Below, one piece after another: positions 52,733-62,228 of a DNA stretch of 64,000 nucleotides; within the stretch, counting starts at the first letter, position 1; every line of letters begins with the position of its first letter. The position numbers were made by a program, and so were the translations under genes. Origin of the DNA: an uncultured Bacillaceae bacterium. Its GTDB lineage: Bacteria > Bacillota > Bacilli > Bacillales > Cytobacillaceae. The stretch is taken from assembly GCA_963787345.1 (NCBI GenBank), contig CAWBCW010000036.1, positions 36,608-100,607 of the forward strand. The letters are read 5' to 3'. Under the pieces are notes generated by a model. That model was not told where the DNA came from and made no database searches. It saw only the letters and a program-made list of their open reading frames with translations.

Positions 52733-53737
52733 TTATTTTACAAGTTCAAATAAATGTGGAACTCGGTTTGCTTGTGCATATCCGTCATCCGTTTCAACTT
52801 CACTTGATAGTGCGTCAGTCGGACAAGCGTGTACACATTTTAAGCAACCTTTACAATATTGATAATCGATGCCTTGAAGGAACATTTGTGGACGGCCTCT
52901 TTTATCTTCTCCCTCTTCCCACACAAAACAAAAGTCTGGACAAGCAGTATCACAGGCAGCGCAATGGATACAACTTTCCTCATGATAATGTGGCAGCATT
53001 CCTGCACGTGAAATACTTAAATCTTTGAAAATACTATTACCCGGGTCAATAACAAGTCCGCCCATTGGTTGTGTTTCATATCCAAGAGTCGCTTCTGGAC
53101 GAACGAACGGCGCAGAAGCCGCATCTGGACTTGCTTCAAATGTTTTAATTTCAACTTCGTTATATCCTCTATCGAATGTACGAAGATTTGACTCTACTAA
53201 ATGAGGGTATTTCTTTTCAAATGTACGACGAATCGTATCTCTCATGGAATCTGCATCCATAAAATCAAGAATACGGTAGAGTGCACCTAGCATCGCCGTG
53301 TTTACTCTTGTCTTTTCTTCTAATGCAATCTTTGTAGCATCAATGACAGCCATAATCCCACCGTCTAGCTCCATTCCTCCCTGAAGATCTTCAGGTGATT
53401 GCTTAGAGTTTACTAGAATTGTACTATCTGGATAAGTACCGCTTGTAACATCTAAAGTTTTATAAAGTTCATCGTGGAAAACTGCCACTACATGTGGACG
53501 CTCAACAGGCGTTGTATCACGAATATTTGTATAAGGCTCACAAAAACGAATATGACCTTTTACTGGGGATCCCTTTTTCTCAGATCCATATGATGAGAAG
53601 CTGAGGCCGTTAAATCCATTTCCAACTACACCAGCTTCAGAAAGTAATTTACCAGCTAAGTTTGCACCTAAGCCTCCAATTGATTCAAGACGAATTTCAA
53701 AAAATCCTAATTCATTTACTTTGGGTAACCTTGACAA
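52733..53737 (-). CDS. 2-oxoacid:ferredoxin oxidoreductase, fused gamma-delta subunit
   Basis: IRLESIGGLGA, YGSEKKG and NTAMLGA; two 4Fe-4S motifs CIHCAACDTACP and CKGCLKCVHACP; TTG start after GGAGG. Confidence 0.92.
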   Translation of the reverse strand: MSRLPKVNELGFFEIRLESIGGLGANLAGKLLSEAGVVGNGFNGLSFSSYGSEKKGSPVKGHIRFCEPYTNIRDTTPVERPHVVAVFHDELYKTLDVTSGTYPDSTILVNSKQSPEDLQGGMELDGGIMAVIDATKIALEEKTRVNTAMLGALYRILDFMDADSMRDTIRRTFEKKYPHLVESNLRTFDRGYNEVEIKTFEASPDAASAPFVRPEATLGYETQPMGGLVIDPGNSIFKDLSISRAGMLPHYHEESCIHCAACDTACPDFCFVWEEGEDKRGRPQMFLQGIDYQYCKGCLKCVHACPTDALSSEVETDDGYAQANRVPHLFELVK

Positions 53738-54073
53738 AGTAATTCCTCCGTTCTTTGTAGATATACATTTAAAATTTAGAATATTCATCATTTATTAAAC
53801 CCATTGTAACAGCAACTAAAAATTAGTACAACAGTTTTTTTGAAAAGTGAACGAGATTATTTTATTAATAAAATATTTTTAATCAAAATACCGTGAAATC
53901 AAAATAAAATCAATATGACAAAATTTTCCTAATATAAAAATTTATTAATTAAGTTAATAATTATTAATTTTTTTTATAGGACAGTAAGGTTTTAGCGGTT
54001 ATACAGTTTGAACAGAATCTATTATATCACCTTTCACACAAAAACCCCTTAAAAAGGGGAATTCAGCTCTGGT

Positions 54074-55324
54074 CTATTCTGATAAAATACGTTTTTGACC
54101 CTCTAATTCACGAATACTTTTTACATTCTGGGAAAACTCTAATGTGCCTAAATACTTTCCTTCTTCATCTCTAATCGCAAAATAACGAATATAGACAAAC
54201 ATATCTTTTACAGGGATCCAGAAGTCTTCCGTATCCTTCATTCCTGATTTGAAATCCTCCAATAACTTTTCAACTACATGAACGCTTTGTGGCGGATGAC
54301 AGTTTTGAACTGTCCGTCCAATGACAGCCTTCGTACGCGCAAAGATCCTTTCAGGTCCATGTGAGAAATACCGAACCACGTCGTTCTCATCTATAAAGGT
54401 TAAATCAACAGGCAAATGATTTAAGATGGTTTCCAATTGTTTAACAGACAAAATACCTGTTTCAAATCGAACGAAGCCATCATCTGGTTTCATTTCCTCT
54501 TTTTCTTTTTCAACTTCTAATGGATGGCGCTCTGGTTTCCACGTTTCGGTTGGAGCCGTTAAGCAGTAGCCGATTTCTTCACTTTCGGCGGAAATTTTTA
54601 CCCATTCGTCTTCTGTTAATGTTTCAAGAGCCATTGGGAAAAGAATATTTTCCTCTTTAAAAATCATTTCCGTTACTTCGTGAATAACAAGATTTAAATC
54701 AGCAAGTACTTCTTCCATATTTCCTTGATAATTAGTTAAATTGTTTTTAGTTTCTTTAATTGCTAGACGAATTGCATCATCAACGCCCCACATCACCTTT
54801 GTCGGACCATCAATTCCATACTTCTCAAGGAATGGGAAAAGAAGGTTCTCTTTTCTGGAGTAATGCTTATCTACATCCATTAATAGACTTAAATCTTCTA
54901 ACAATTTAAAGCGATTCTCATCGGAATCTTCTTTTTCAAAACGTTCTTTATGAAGTTGAATTTTGAAGTTAACAAGTAAATCGATTTCTTTATTTTCTAG
55001 TTTCCATGTATGAATCGGGTGTCCCGGCTGCTCTTCCGGCTTTTCGGAACGGTGAATTTCTTCAATAGAGCCTTTGAATATTGCAGTATGAACGGAACAT
55101 AAGCGTTGGACTTCTTCAACCGGAATTCCTTCTTCGACCATTAAATCATGTTCCATTTGTGAAATTTCCACTACCGTTACATCACCAACCGCTTCTTCAA
55201 ATTTAGCTTTTACTTCATCAACGTCTTTCCCAGCATGCAGTTCTTTAATAATTTCTTTTAATATTTGTTGACGTTCACTTTTCGTTTCTTTAAAACTCTC
55301 ACGGTTATTAATAAGTTCGCTCAT
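54074..55324 (-). CDS. DUF438-hemerythrin-PAS domain protein
   Basis: LHAG..V.EVK, CSVH, GHPIH, HY.RKENLLFP, EENILFP; PAS with LPVDLTFID and NCHPP. Confidence 0.85.
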   Translation of the reverse strand: MSELINNRESFKETKSERQQILKEIIKELHAGKDVDEVKAKFEEAVGDVTVVEISQMEHDLMVEEGIPVEEVQRLCSVHTAIFKGSIEEIHRSEKPEEQPGHPIHTWKLENKEIDLLVNFKIQLHKERFEKEDSDENRFKLLEDLSLLMDVDKHYSRKENLLFPFLEKYGIDGPTKVMWGVDDAIRLAIKETKNNLTNYQGNMEEVLADLNLVIHEVTEMIFKEENILFPMALETLTEDEWVKISAESEEIGYCLTAPTETWKPERHPLEVEKEKEEMKPDDGFVRFETGILSVKQLETILNHLPVDLTFIDENDVVRYFSHGPERIFARTKAVIGRTVQNCHPPQSVHVVEKLLEDFKSGMKDTEDFWIPVKDMFVYIRYFAIRDEEGKYLGTLEFSQNVKSIRELEGQKRILSE

Positions 55325-55445
55325 GAAATTCTCCCCCTCTAAGGCTTTTCGACCCCTGACGATATGTGACCTACTTTCACTACGCTGGCTATTCTATCGA
55401 ATAAGAGGCTTGCTCAAGCAGGTTAGTCATTTTTTCTATGCTAGG

Positions 55446-55673
55446 CTATTGCTTAACGGTGTATCCGTGCCTTTCAAACGTTTCGATAATCTTAGAAAGT
55501 TCGATACTTCTCATCCGGGCACCTTTTGGAAGGGTCATGACTCGACCTGCTGTTTGCAGCATGCCCTGCTTCGTGATTTGTTCAAATCCTAGTTCCTTCA
55601 TAATTTCAATAATAAAAGAATCATCTGTACATAATTCATAAACACTTTTTTCAAAGTCGATCATTCTATCCAT
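55446..55673 (-). CDS. DUF1858 domain protein
   Basis: IDFEKSVYEL...ELGFEQI...TAGRVMTL..GA. Confidence 0.8.
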   Translation of the reverse strand: MDRMIDFEKSVYELCTDDSFIIEIMKELGFEQITKQGMLQTAGRVMTLPKGARMRSIELSKIIETFERHGYTVKQ

Positions 55674-55726
55674 TTAAACCCACCTCTTACTAGTGAGATT
55701 TATGTTTTTTCTACTCACCCTCTATT

Positions 55727-55741
55727 TGAGAATGATTATCA
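55727..55741. promoter_or_regulatory. Fur box
   Basis: TGAGAATGATTATCA, 13/14 match to TGATAATnATTATCA. Confidence 0.7.
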
Positions 55742-55775
55742 TAATTAAAGTATAGTATTTTTCATCCATTAACAT

Positions 55776-55791
55776 CGTGATATTAATCACT
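55776..55791. promoter_or_regulatory. Fnr/Crp-like box
   Basis: CGTGA-N6-TCACT versus TGTGA-N6-TCACA. Confidence 0.5.
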
Positions 55792-55911
55792 CTTATTCAC
55801 AAGAAGTTATATCCTTTTTCGTGAACTCCTCTTAAGTCAAGTACTATCCCCCTGTGGACATGCATATATATATAAGGAAAAAACAGGGTTTTTTAAAGGA
55901 GTAGGACAAAC

Positions 55912-56292
55912 GTGAAAAAATACCTTTCCCCCATTGGATTTATCGTTATCGTTATTGTAATGATTTATTTAGAAGCACCCTATTCTTTGATCAATAAGGA
56001 CTATGTTCAAGTCACAAGTATTCCAAACGAAGTAATCCGAGCGGATGGAGAGACGTTAGTAAATGAGTCTGAAATGTCAAATGAGAAGGATGCTGAGGAA
56101 ACAAATACAGAGGAAGCAGAAGAGGCCTTTGCAGATTATACGTTAGAAATGATCTTAGACGGAAAAACCGTTGACGGAGATTACGTAATCGAGGAATTTC
56201 GTGAATATGAAGTATATCGAGATGGAGAGGGAAGAATTATTAAATCTATACCCACCTCAAACTTTGATTATTTGCGGTATTATCAAGAGTAA
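55912..56292 (+). CDS. Hypothetical membrane-anchored acidic protein
   Basis: RBS AAGGAG, GTG start, one N-terminal TM segment. Confidence 0.75.
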   Translation: MKKYLSPIGFIVIVIVMIYLEAPYSLINKDYVQVTSIPNEVIRADGETLVNESEMSNEKDAEETNTEEAEEAFADYTLEMILDGKTVDGDYVIEEFREYEVYRDGEGRIIKSIPTSNFDYLRYYQE

Positions 56293-56386
56293 TAAAAAAA
56301 CGAGCTGTCCCAATCGTGAGCAAGTCATCGAAAAGCTTCCTTTTACGATAATATACCTGACACGATCGAGACAGCTTTCTCTCTTT

Positions 56387-56812
56387 TCATCGATTATATA
56401 AAAGTGCTTGGGCAATGCCGACAAAGTACTCGGATTCACGGATGATGTGGTCAATGACGACTTTAGCCGTCGGATTGGCGCTTACGACAGCACTTTCCGT
56501 TTTAATTAATTGACAGATTTTAATAAACTCCAAACTTTGCTGCAAACTGAAGGAGACCAATTGCATGACCTGCTGATACAAATCGTTGGAAATTTGGTAA
56601 TTAGAACGAACCACCGTTTCAATGAAACGAATAACTTGTTTATGCGTTTCACCTAAAGCCTTTTCCCATTCCATTAAGGCGTTCACATATTCTTCTTCGA
56701 GATTATCTACCAATTCCCTTATCACAACCGTATGTTCCTGCTCCTGATGCTTCCAAAACTCTGCTTCGTCTAAAATCCTTAACGGCATTTGTCCGCCATA
56801 ATAAAATTGCAA
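56387..56812 (-). CDS. DUF2935 family four-helix protein
   Basis: EAEFW...EH...I and DHIIRESEYF; TTG start after GGGAGG. Confidence 0.75.
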   Translation of the reverse strand: MQFYYGGQMPLRILDEAEFWKHQEQEHTVVIRELVDNLEEEYVNALMEWEKALGETHKQVIRFIETVVRSNYQISNDLYQQVMQLVSFSLQQSLEFIKICQLIKTESAVVSANPTAKVVIDHIIRESEYFVGIAQALLYNR

Positions 56813-56844
56813 AATGATTCCCTCCCTGTACAAGATTCCTAACC

Positions 56845-56873
56845 AGTATATGGGGAGGGACTTGCATTTATGA
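56845..56873 (-). promoter_or_regulatory. SigE-like sporulation promoter candidate
   Basis: TCATAA-N15-CATATACT on the minus strand. Confidence 0.45.
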
Positions 56874-57023
56874 TTGTAGATTGAGTGCCAGGAACCTCCC
56901 TTAATTATGAAAATACAATGAAAATCACTAACGAAAAATGGCAAATATTATATTTATGGATTAAAAATATCTTTTATATTACTATTAAAATAGTAATCCA
57001 TATTTTAATAGGGAGTTAATACG

Positions 57024-58454
57024 ATGTATATTAAAATAGACAAAAAAGATAAGCGTCCGCTTTGGTTACAGATCGTCGATCAAGTCATTGAGTATATAGA
57101 GGATGGACAACTTTCACCAGGCGACCCATTGGTGCCAACACGTCAGCTTGCTCGTGAATTAGCGGTTTCTAGATCTAGTGTACAAAATGCCTATGAGGAA
57201 CTGCAGTCACGGGGATATGTGAATACTTCAAGGCGTGGCGGAACAAAGGTCTGTGATATTATGGGGGATCAAACATTAACCGATACTCAAGAATCTCCTC
57301 CTTTGATTCCAGCCAATCCCTTATTAGAGGAAAAATCAGCGCGCGTAGGACACTGGCCAGATGTAAAAACAGAAGAAAAAGCCGAAATTGATTTTCGTCT
57401 CCATGCCCCATATATTGATACAACTTTTCAAAAATCTTGGCGGCAAGCCTCCAATACTGCTCTGAAAGAGAACAATTTATTCGATTGGGGATACAGCTCT
57501 TCATATGGGCTTTATTCGGTAAGGGAACAAATTTCTCGTTACCTTGCAATTGAAAGAGGGATCCACGTAGATCCCAGTCAAATTTTGTTGACGTTAGGGG
57601 CTAGACAAACGATGGATATTATTGCCCAAGCCTTGCTTCAGGAAGGCGATTTAGTTTCCGTTGAGGATCCTGGTTTCCCGGTTGCTTGGTCTTCGATGCG
57701 TTATCGAAAAATGGAAATCGAGCCTGTTCCAGTTGACCATCAAGGGATTTGTGTCGATCAAATTTCCCCTCATTCAAAGATGATCTTTACAACACCATCT
57801 CACCAATTTCCTAGTGGTGTATTAATGTCAGCGAATCGAAGACAGGAATTAATTCAATTTGCCCAACAGAACCAAACATGGATTATTGAGGATGACTATG
57901 ATGGGGAATTCCGTTATCGTGGTGCGCCTTTGCCAAGTTTATACTCACAAATGCCCACGAATATTTTATACTTGTTGAGTTTTACGAAGTTACTTGCTCC
58001 TGGCATCCGTTTAGCCGCCGTCATTGGACCAAAGGAAGCAATCGAAAGGTTGGCAAGGGTACAAGAATTTGTATGCCGTCATCTGCCAATCATGGAACAA
58101 TTGACTCTTGGCCAATTTTTCGAAACAGGAGATCTATTAAAGCATGTGAGGCGTATGCGTTCGATTTACCATAAACGTCATCGCGATATCACTCAAACAT
58201 TAAATACATCTGGACTATCAGACCGGTTTCAAATTCAAGGAACGGATTCTGGGCTTCATGTTCTTTTAGAAGCGGACGAGAGCTTTGATGAATATCAAAC
58301 GGTTCAAACTGCTTTAAAAGCGGGTGTTGGTATTTTCCCACTCAGCCCTTATTGTTTAAAAAGCAACCGTAAAGGACTATTACTCGGATTTGCCCATCTC
58401 GATTCACCGCAGATCATCGATGGAATCGAACGTTTGGCGAAGGTGTTGAGTTAG
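57024..58454 (+). CDS. pdxR: MocR/GabR family PLP-dependent regulator (PdxR-like)
   Basis: GntR HTH (LVPTRQLARELAVSR), TPSHQFP.G, EDDYD.EFRY and SFTKLLAPG.R; next to pdxS. Confidence 0.8.
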   Translation: MYIKIDKKDKRPLWLQIVDQVIEYIEDGQLSPGDPLVPTRQLARELAVSRSSVQNAYEELQSRGYVNTSRRGGTKVCDIMGDQTLTDTQESPPLIPANPLLEEKSARVGHWPDVKTEEKAEIDFRLHAPYIDTTFQKSWRQASNTALKENNLFDWGYSSSYGLYSVREQISRYLAIERGIHVDPSQILLTLGARQTMDIIAQALLQEGDLVSVEDPGFPVAWSSMRYRKMEIEPVPVDHQGICVDQISPHSKMIFTTPSHQFPSGVLMSANRRQELIQFAQQNQTWIIEDDYDGEFRYRGAPLPSLYSQMPTNILYLLSFTKLLAPGIRLAAVIGPKEAIERLARVQEFVCRHLPIMEQLTLGQFFETGDLLKHVRRMRSIYHKRHRDITQTLNTSGLSDRFQIQGTDSGLHVLLEADESFDEYQTVQTALKAGVGIFPLSPYCLKSNRKGLLLGFAHLDSPQIIDGIERLAKVLS

Positions 58455-58631
58455 AAGAAAAACTTATAAGCTAATGTAACTTCGGACAGGATGGAACGGA
58501 ATGAGGGTAGAGTGATAGAGTCTGAAGGCGGAGCAATAGGGAAGAAACCTCGAAATTCACTAGAATCCTAAGTTACTGTTTGATTAATAACTCACTTTCC
58601 TCAATTCAATCAAACGTTTGATTGAAAAAGG

Positions 58632-58661
58632 GAACCCGCCTATCATAAATGAGGCGGGTTC
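58632..58661. terminator. Terminator between convergent pdxR and pdxS
   Basis: GAACCCGCCT/AGGCGGGTTC. Confidence 0.75.
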
Positions 58662-58683
58662 TTTCATACTATTTATAAGCTCC

Positions 58684-59556
58684 TTACCAGCCACGGTCCT
58701 GCATGCGGTTTTCAGGGGCGATTGATGAAATTTCAAGACCTTTCATCGGTTCACCAAGACCTTTTGAAAGCTCGGCAATTAATTTATAATCTTGATAATG
58801 CGTTGTAGCTTCGACAATTGCTCTCGCAAATTTAGCTGGATTTTCAGATTTAAAAATACCTGAGCCAACAAAGACCCCATCTGCACCTAATTGCATCATA
58901 AGTGCCGCATCAGCAGGTGTCGCTACTCCCCCAGCAGCAAAGTTTACGACCGGCAGCTTGCCATTTTCTTTGATTTGTAAAAGAACTTCATACGGGGCAC
59001 CAAGAAGTTTTGCTTCCGTCATGATTTCATCTTCACTCATATGCACCAATTTACGAACTTGAGCATTCACTTTACGGATATGCCTAACTGCTTCAACAAT
59101 ATTACCTGTTCCAGGCTCGCCTTTTGTACGAAGCATTGATGTACCTTCACCAATCCGACGAGCGGCTTCACCTAGATCACGACATCCACAAACAAACGGA
59201 ACGGTAAATTCCTTTTTATTTAAATGGAACTCTTCATCAGCTGGTGTTAACACTTCAGATTCATCAAGATAGTCGACTCCAAGAGCTTCAAGGACTCTAG
59301 CTTCAACGATATGACCAATTCTTGCTTTTGCCATAACTGGTATGCTAACGGCATTCATAACCTCTTCAATAATGGAGATATCCGCCATTCTAGCGACTCC
59401 GCCAGCTTTACGTATATCAGAAGGAACACGTTCTAACGCCATAACTGCAACAGCCCCTGCTTCCTCGGCAATTTTGGCTTGCTCAGCATTGATGACGTCC
59501 ATAATTACGCCACCTTTTTGAATTTCAACGATTCCACGGTTTTCTCTTGTTGTCAT
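58684..59556 (-). CDS. pdxS: PLP synthase subunit PdxS
   Basis: [35 protein letters not shown] and [11 protein letters not shown]. Confidence 0.96.
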   Translation of the reverse strand: MTTRENRGIVEIQKGGVIMDVINAEQAKIAEEAGAVAVMALERVPSDIRKAGGVARMADISIIEEVMNAVSIPVMAKARIGHIVEARVLEALGVDYLDESEVLTPADEEFHLNKKEFTVPFVCGCRDLGEAARRIGEGTSMLRTKGEPGTGNIVEAVRHIRKVNAQVRKLVHMSEDEIMTEAKLLGAPYEVLLQIKENGKLPVVNFAAGGVATPADAALMMQLGADGVFVGSGIFKSENPAKFARAIVEATTHYQDYKLIAELSKGLGEPMKGLEISSIAPENRMQDRGW

Positions 59557-59578
59557 TTGTAACTCCCCCTTATATTCT

Positions 59579-59768
59579 ATCAAATTCGCCTCCGAGAATT
59601 TGCGCTCAGATTTTATCGAGCGAGCTCGATAAACTTCCTCTAAAAATCTGCGGCATCCGCCGGAGGCTTTAACTGCATTCAGCTAATGTCAACTCCCACG
59701 AAGTCGATAAACATTTGCATTTATCTCACAACTTAGAGAATCAGTTGACTCTTGCTGAAGGAAGTTAA
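59579..59768. repeat. Structured interspersed repeat, copy 4
   Basis: ATCAAATTCGCC...GAATTTGCG...ATCGAGCGAGCTCGAT...AACTGCATTCAG...CTGAAGGAAGTTAA. Confidence 0.85.
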
Positions 59769-59793
59769 AGTATTAAAAAGAATATAACAAGAT

Positions 59794-59840
59794 TATGGAT
59801 TTTTTAAAATATCCATAATTGTACAAAAAATCAGTCCATA
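59794..59840. promoter_or_regulatory. Putative PdxR operator (three TATGGAT-type motifs)
   Basis: TATGGAT 59794, ATCCATA 59811 and GTCCATA 59834; the same motif pair occurs at 56955 and 56996 upstream of pdxR. Confidence 0.6.
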
Positions 59841-60116
59841 TTTCCCCAAAACAAAATCCCCTTCCAATTAATGAAAGAGGTTATCTCTGATAAACCTTAT
59901 AAAGTCCATTTTTTAATTGCTTCTCGATGTCTTGATCCAACGCCAAATTCCTGCTCATAAATTGTGATCATCCCATCGTAAAAAGCTATCCTTCACATAC
60001 CATATTGCCGTTAAATTGAACCATTTCAATCATCATCAATTAACGAGTTGGTAAAAATAGGATAGCATGGTGACGACAGATACCGAAACAGAAAAGCTCC
60101 CAAAGTAGTCTAAAAA

Positions 60117-60890
60117 TTATTTCGCTTTTTCAAGTTCAGCAAGGAAATTATCGTTTAGGATTTTAATAAAGGTTCCTTTCATTCCTAGTGAACGGGATTC
60201 GATAACACTAGCACTTTCCAGCTTTCTTAATGCGTTCACAATAACAGAACGTGTGATTCCCACGCGGTCAGCAATTTTGGAAGCTACTAGTACACCTTCA
60301 TTGCCATTTAATTCTTCAAAGATATGTTCAACAGCTTCTAATTCACTATAGGAAAGCGAACTAATCGCCATTTGCACAATCGCTTTGCTGCGCGCTTCTT
60401 TTTCCACCTGTTCCGTACGCTCACGCATGATTTCAACCGCAACCACCGTCGCACTATATTCTGTTAACAGTAAATCATCATCATCAAAAGATTGATCTGC
60501 ACGGGATAAAATTAACGTTCCCAATCTTTCACCACCGCCAATAATTGGTACTAAAGTGGTTAAACCTGTTGGAAATACCGTTTTTGTTTCGCCTGGGAAT
60601 GCAGTGTATTCGCTGTTGACATCTGCATTAGCTAATGTCTCTTTAAGCTGTAATAAAATTCCTTTATATCTATCAGTCGCTTGACCAGTTTCTATTACTT
60701 CTCTCATATGATCCGTTTCAATTTGTTGTGCCATTGCATAGCCATGTATATTCCCATCCGTGCTAATAATAAACACATTTGTGTCAATAATCTCACACAA
60801 TAGTTCAGACATTTCCGTGAAGTTTACCGAAGTACCTCTTGTATTTTGCAACATTGAATTAATTTTTCTAACCTTCGTTAATAATTCCAT
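60117..60890 (-). CDS. codY: CodY family regulator, stand-alone paralog
   Basis: [21 protein letters not shown] and [24 protein letters not shown]; not preceded by hslVU. Confidence 0.93.
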   Translation of the reverse strand: MELLTKVRKINSMLQNTRGTSVNFTEMSELLCEIIDTNVFIISTDGNIHGYAMAQQIETDHMREVIETGQATDRYKGILLQLKETLANADVNSEYTAFPGETKTVFPTGLTTLVPIIGGGERLGTLILSRADQSFDDDDLLLTEYSATVVAVEIMRERTEQVEKEARSKAIVQMAISSLSYSELEAVEHIFEELNGNEGVLVASKIADRVGITRSVIVNALRKLESASVIESRSLGMKGTFIKILNDNFLAELEKAK

Positions 60891-61193
60891 AATTCTATTG
60901 TTCCTCCCTATATTTAAAGTCGAATTCCGACAACTTTCGTTATATAATTAACATTTAACTGCTAATGTTCTAAAATGTAGAAGTTTTCAAACAGGTATAC
61001 TACTATCATAATGAATATTATACACTTTTCAACAATTTTCTACAATTTGTTACAAAAAGTTTATAATTAGGAGCAAAAGTTTATAATCAAATGACTTTTT
61101 ACTTGCAAAATTTAGAAACTTGAGAATCAAAGATCAAAAGATGCCAGGCACCTTCTAGAAAAACTGGAAGGTACCTGGCACCCTTGTGTTTCG

Positions 61194-62006
61194 TTATTTT
61201 ACAACTTGCCCTACTGCCTTTAATACTTCTATTCTGCTCATCTTTTCTTTGCCTTCCATCAGAGCTTTAAGCGTTCCGTGTGCCAGTACCAATGGGATTT
61301 TACAGAATTTAATAATGCTATTTGTTTGCAGGTCCTTTATATAAAGGTCTGCCATCTCAAGATTCCTTCGCGCATAGGCGAACATCTCCTCTAAACCCCA
61401 GCCTTCAGGGAAGAAGCAGACGCCTCGCGTTTCGTCTTCCTTATAATTGCGGAGCATATTGACCGCTTGCAAGCCTCGGCCAAACGCAACCGCCAAATTT
61501 TCATCTGTTTCCGTATCATCATGCCATTTCCAAATGTCACTAAGCATGACACCAACTAATCCTGCTACATAGTAAGTATAATCATCTAAATCCTCTTCCG
61601 TTTTAATGACCCAGTCTTTTTCAACCCACTTCGCCATCCCTTTTGCCATCTTCGAAGTGGCTGCCAATACACTATCCACGACTCCAGGCGGGCAAACTTG
61701 AATCCAATCATTCAGTTTTAAGGTTACCGTTGGAAGAACAGACCGATAAGGCTCAAACAATTTTGAGAAATCCCCATGAGTAGATTGCTGAAGGTTTTGG
61801 TGGATGGAGAGTAATAAGTGACTTTTATCATTTGACGGAAGCTCGGGGTGGTCTTCAATCTCGTCGATTGCTCTCATACATAAATAGGCAGATGCCACCG
61901 CTTCCTGCAATCCTTTTCCTAAATAGGTAATCGGAATATAGAAAGTCCGGCTTGTCTCCTTTAACATCTGTCTTGCTTCTTTATTAATAAAATTTGCTTC
62001 ACTCAC
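61194..62006 (-). CDS. Squalene/phytoene synthase family protein (YisP-like)
   Basis: TSRTFYIPI, MRAIDEIED, YTYYVAGLVG and GLQAVNMLR. Confidence 0.85.
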   Translation of the reverse strand: MSEANFINKEARQMLKETSRTFYIPITYLGKGLQEAVASAYLCMRAIDEIEDHPELPSNDKSHLLLSIHQNLQQSTHGDFSKLFEPYRSVLPTVTLKLNDWIQVCPPGVVDSVLAATSKMAKGMAKWVEKDWVIKTEEDLDDYTYYVAGLVGVMLSDIWKWHDDTETDENLAVAFGRGLQAVNMLRNYKEDETRGVCFFPEGWGLEEMFAYARRNLEMADLYIKDLQTNSIIKFCKIPLVLAHGTLKALMEGKEKMSRIEVLKAVGQVVK

Positions 62007-62228
62007 CCTGAATGCCTCCTATACATCCTAATTGTTATGAAAAAAGTCTATATCATCCATTCTATAAGAAAGAATACTTTTTGTCATTTCATATCAAAAT
62101 ACCTTTGTGTATATTAACTTTTATTATTCGTTTATCCGACATAAAAATTCTTAAATTGTCCATTGACTTGTAAAAATCTTAATCTATATAATAAGTCGAT
62201 TAAATTACTTTTTAAAAAGGAGGAAACT

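Noticed and set aside
58491-58571. 26 aa ORF MERNEGRVIESEGGAIGKKPRNSLES after pdxR
   Set aside because: No properly spaced RBS and no recognisable similarity
2794-59768. The four repeats as a CRISPR array or autonomous IS
   Set aside because: Dispersed rather than tandem, no spacers, no cas or transposase gene in the window
61034-61048. CodY box upstream of the CodY paralog (AATTTTCTACAATTT)
   Set aside because: Three mismatches in very AT-rich sequence; not distinguishable from chance without footprinting
61141-61181. TGCCAGGCACC...GGTACCTGGCA inverted repeat as a second repeat family
   Set aside because: Only one copy in the window; adequately explained as the terminator of the YisP-like gene
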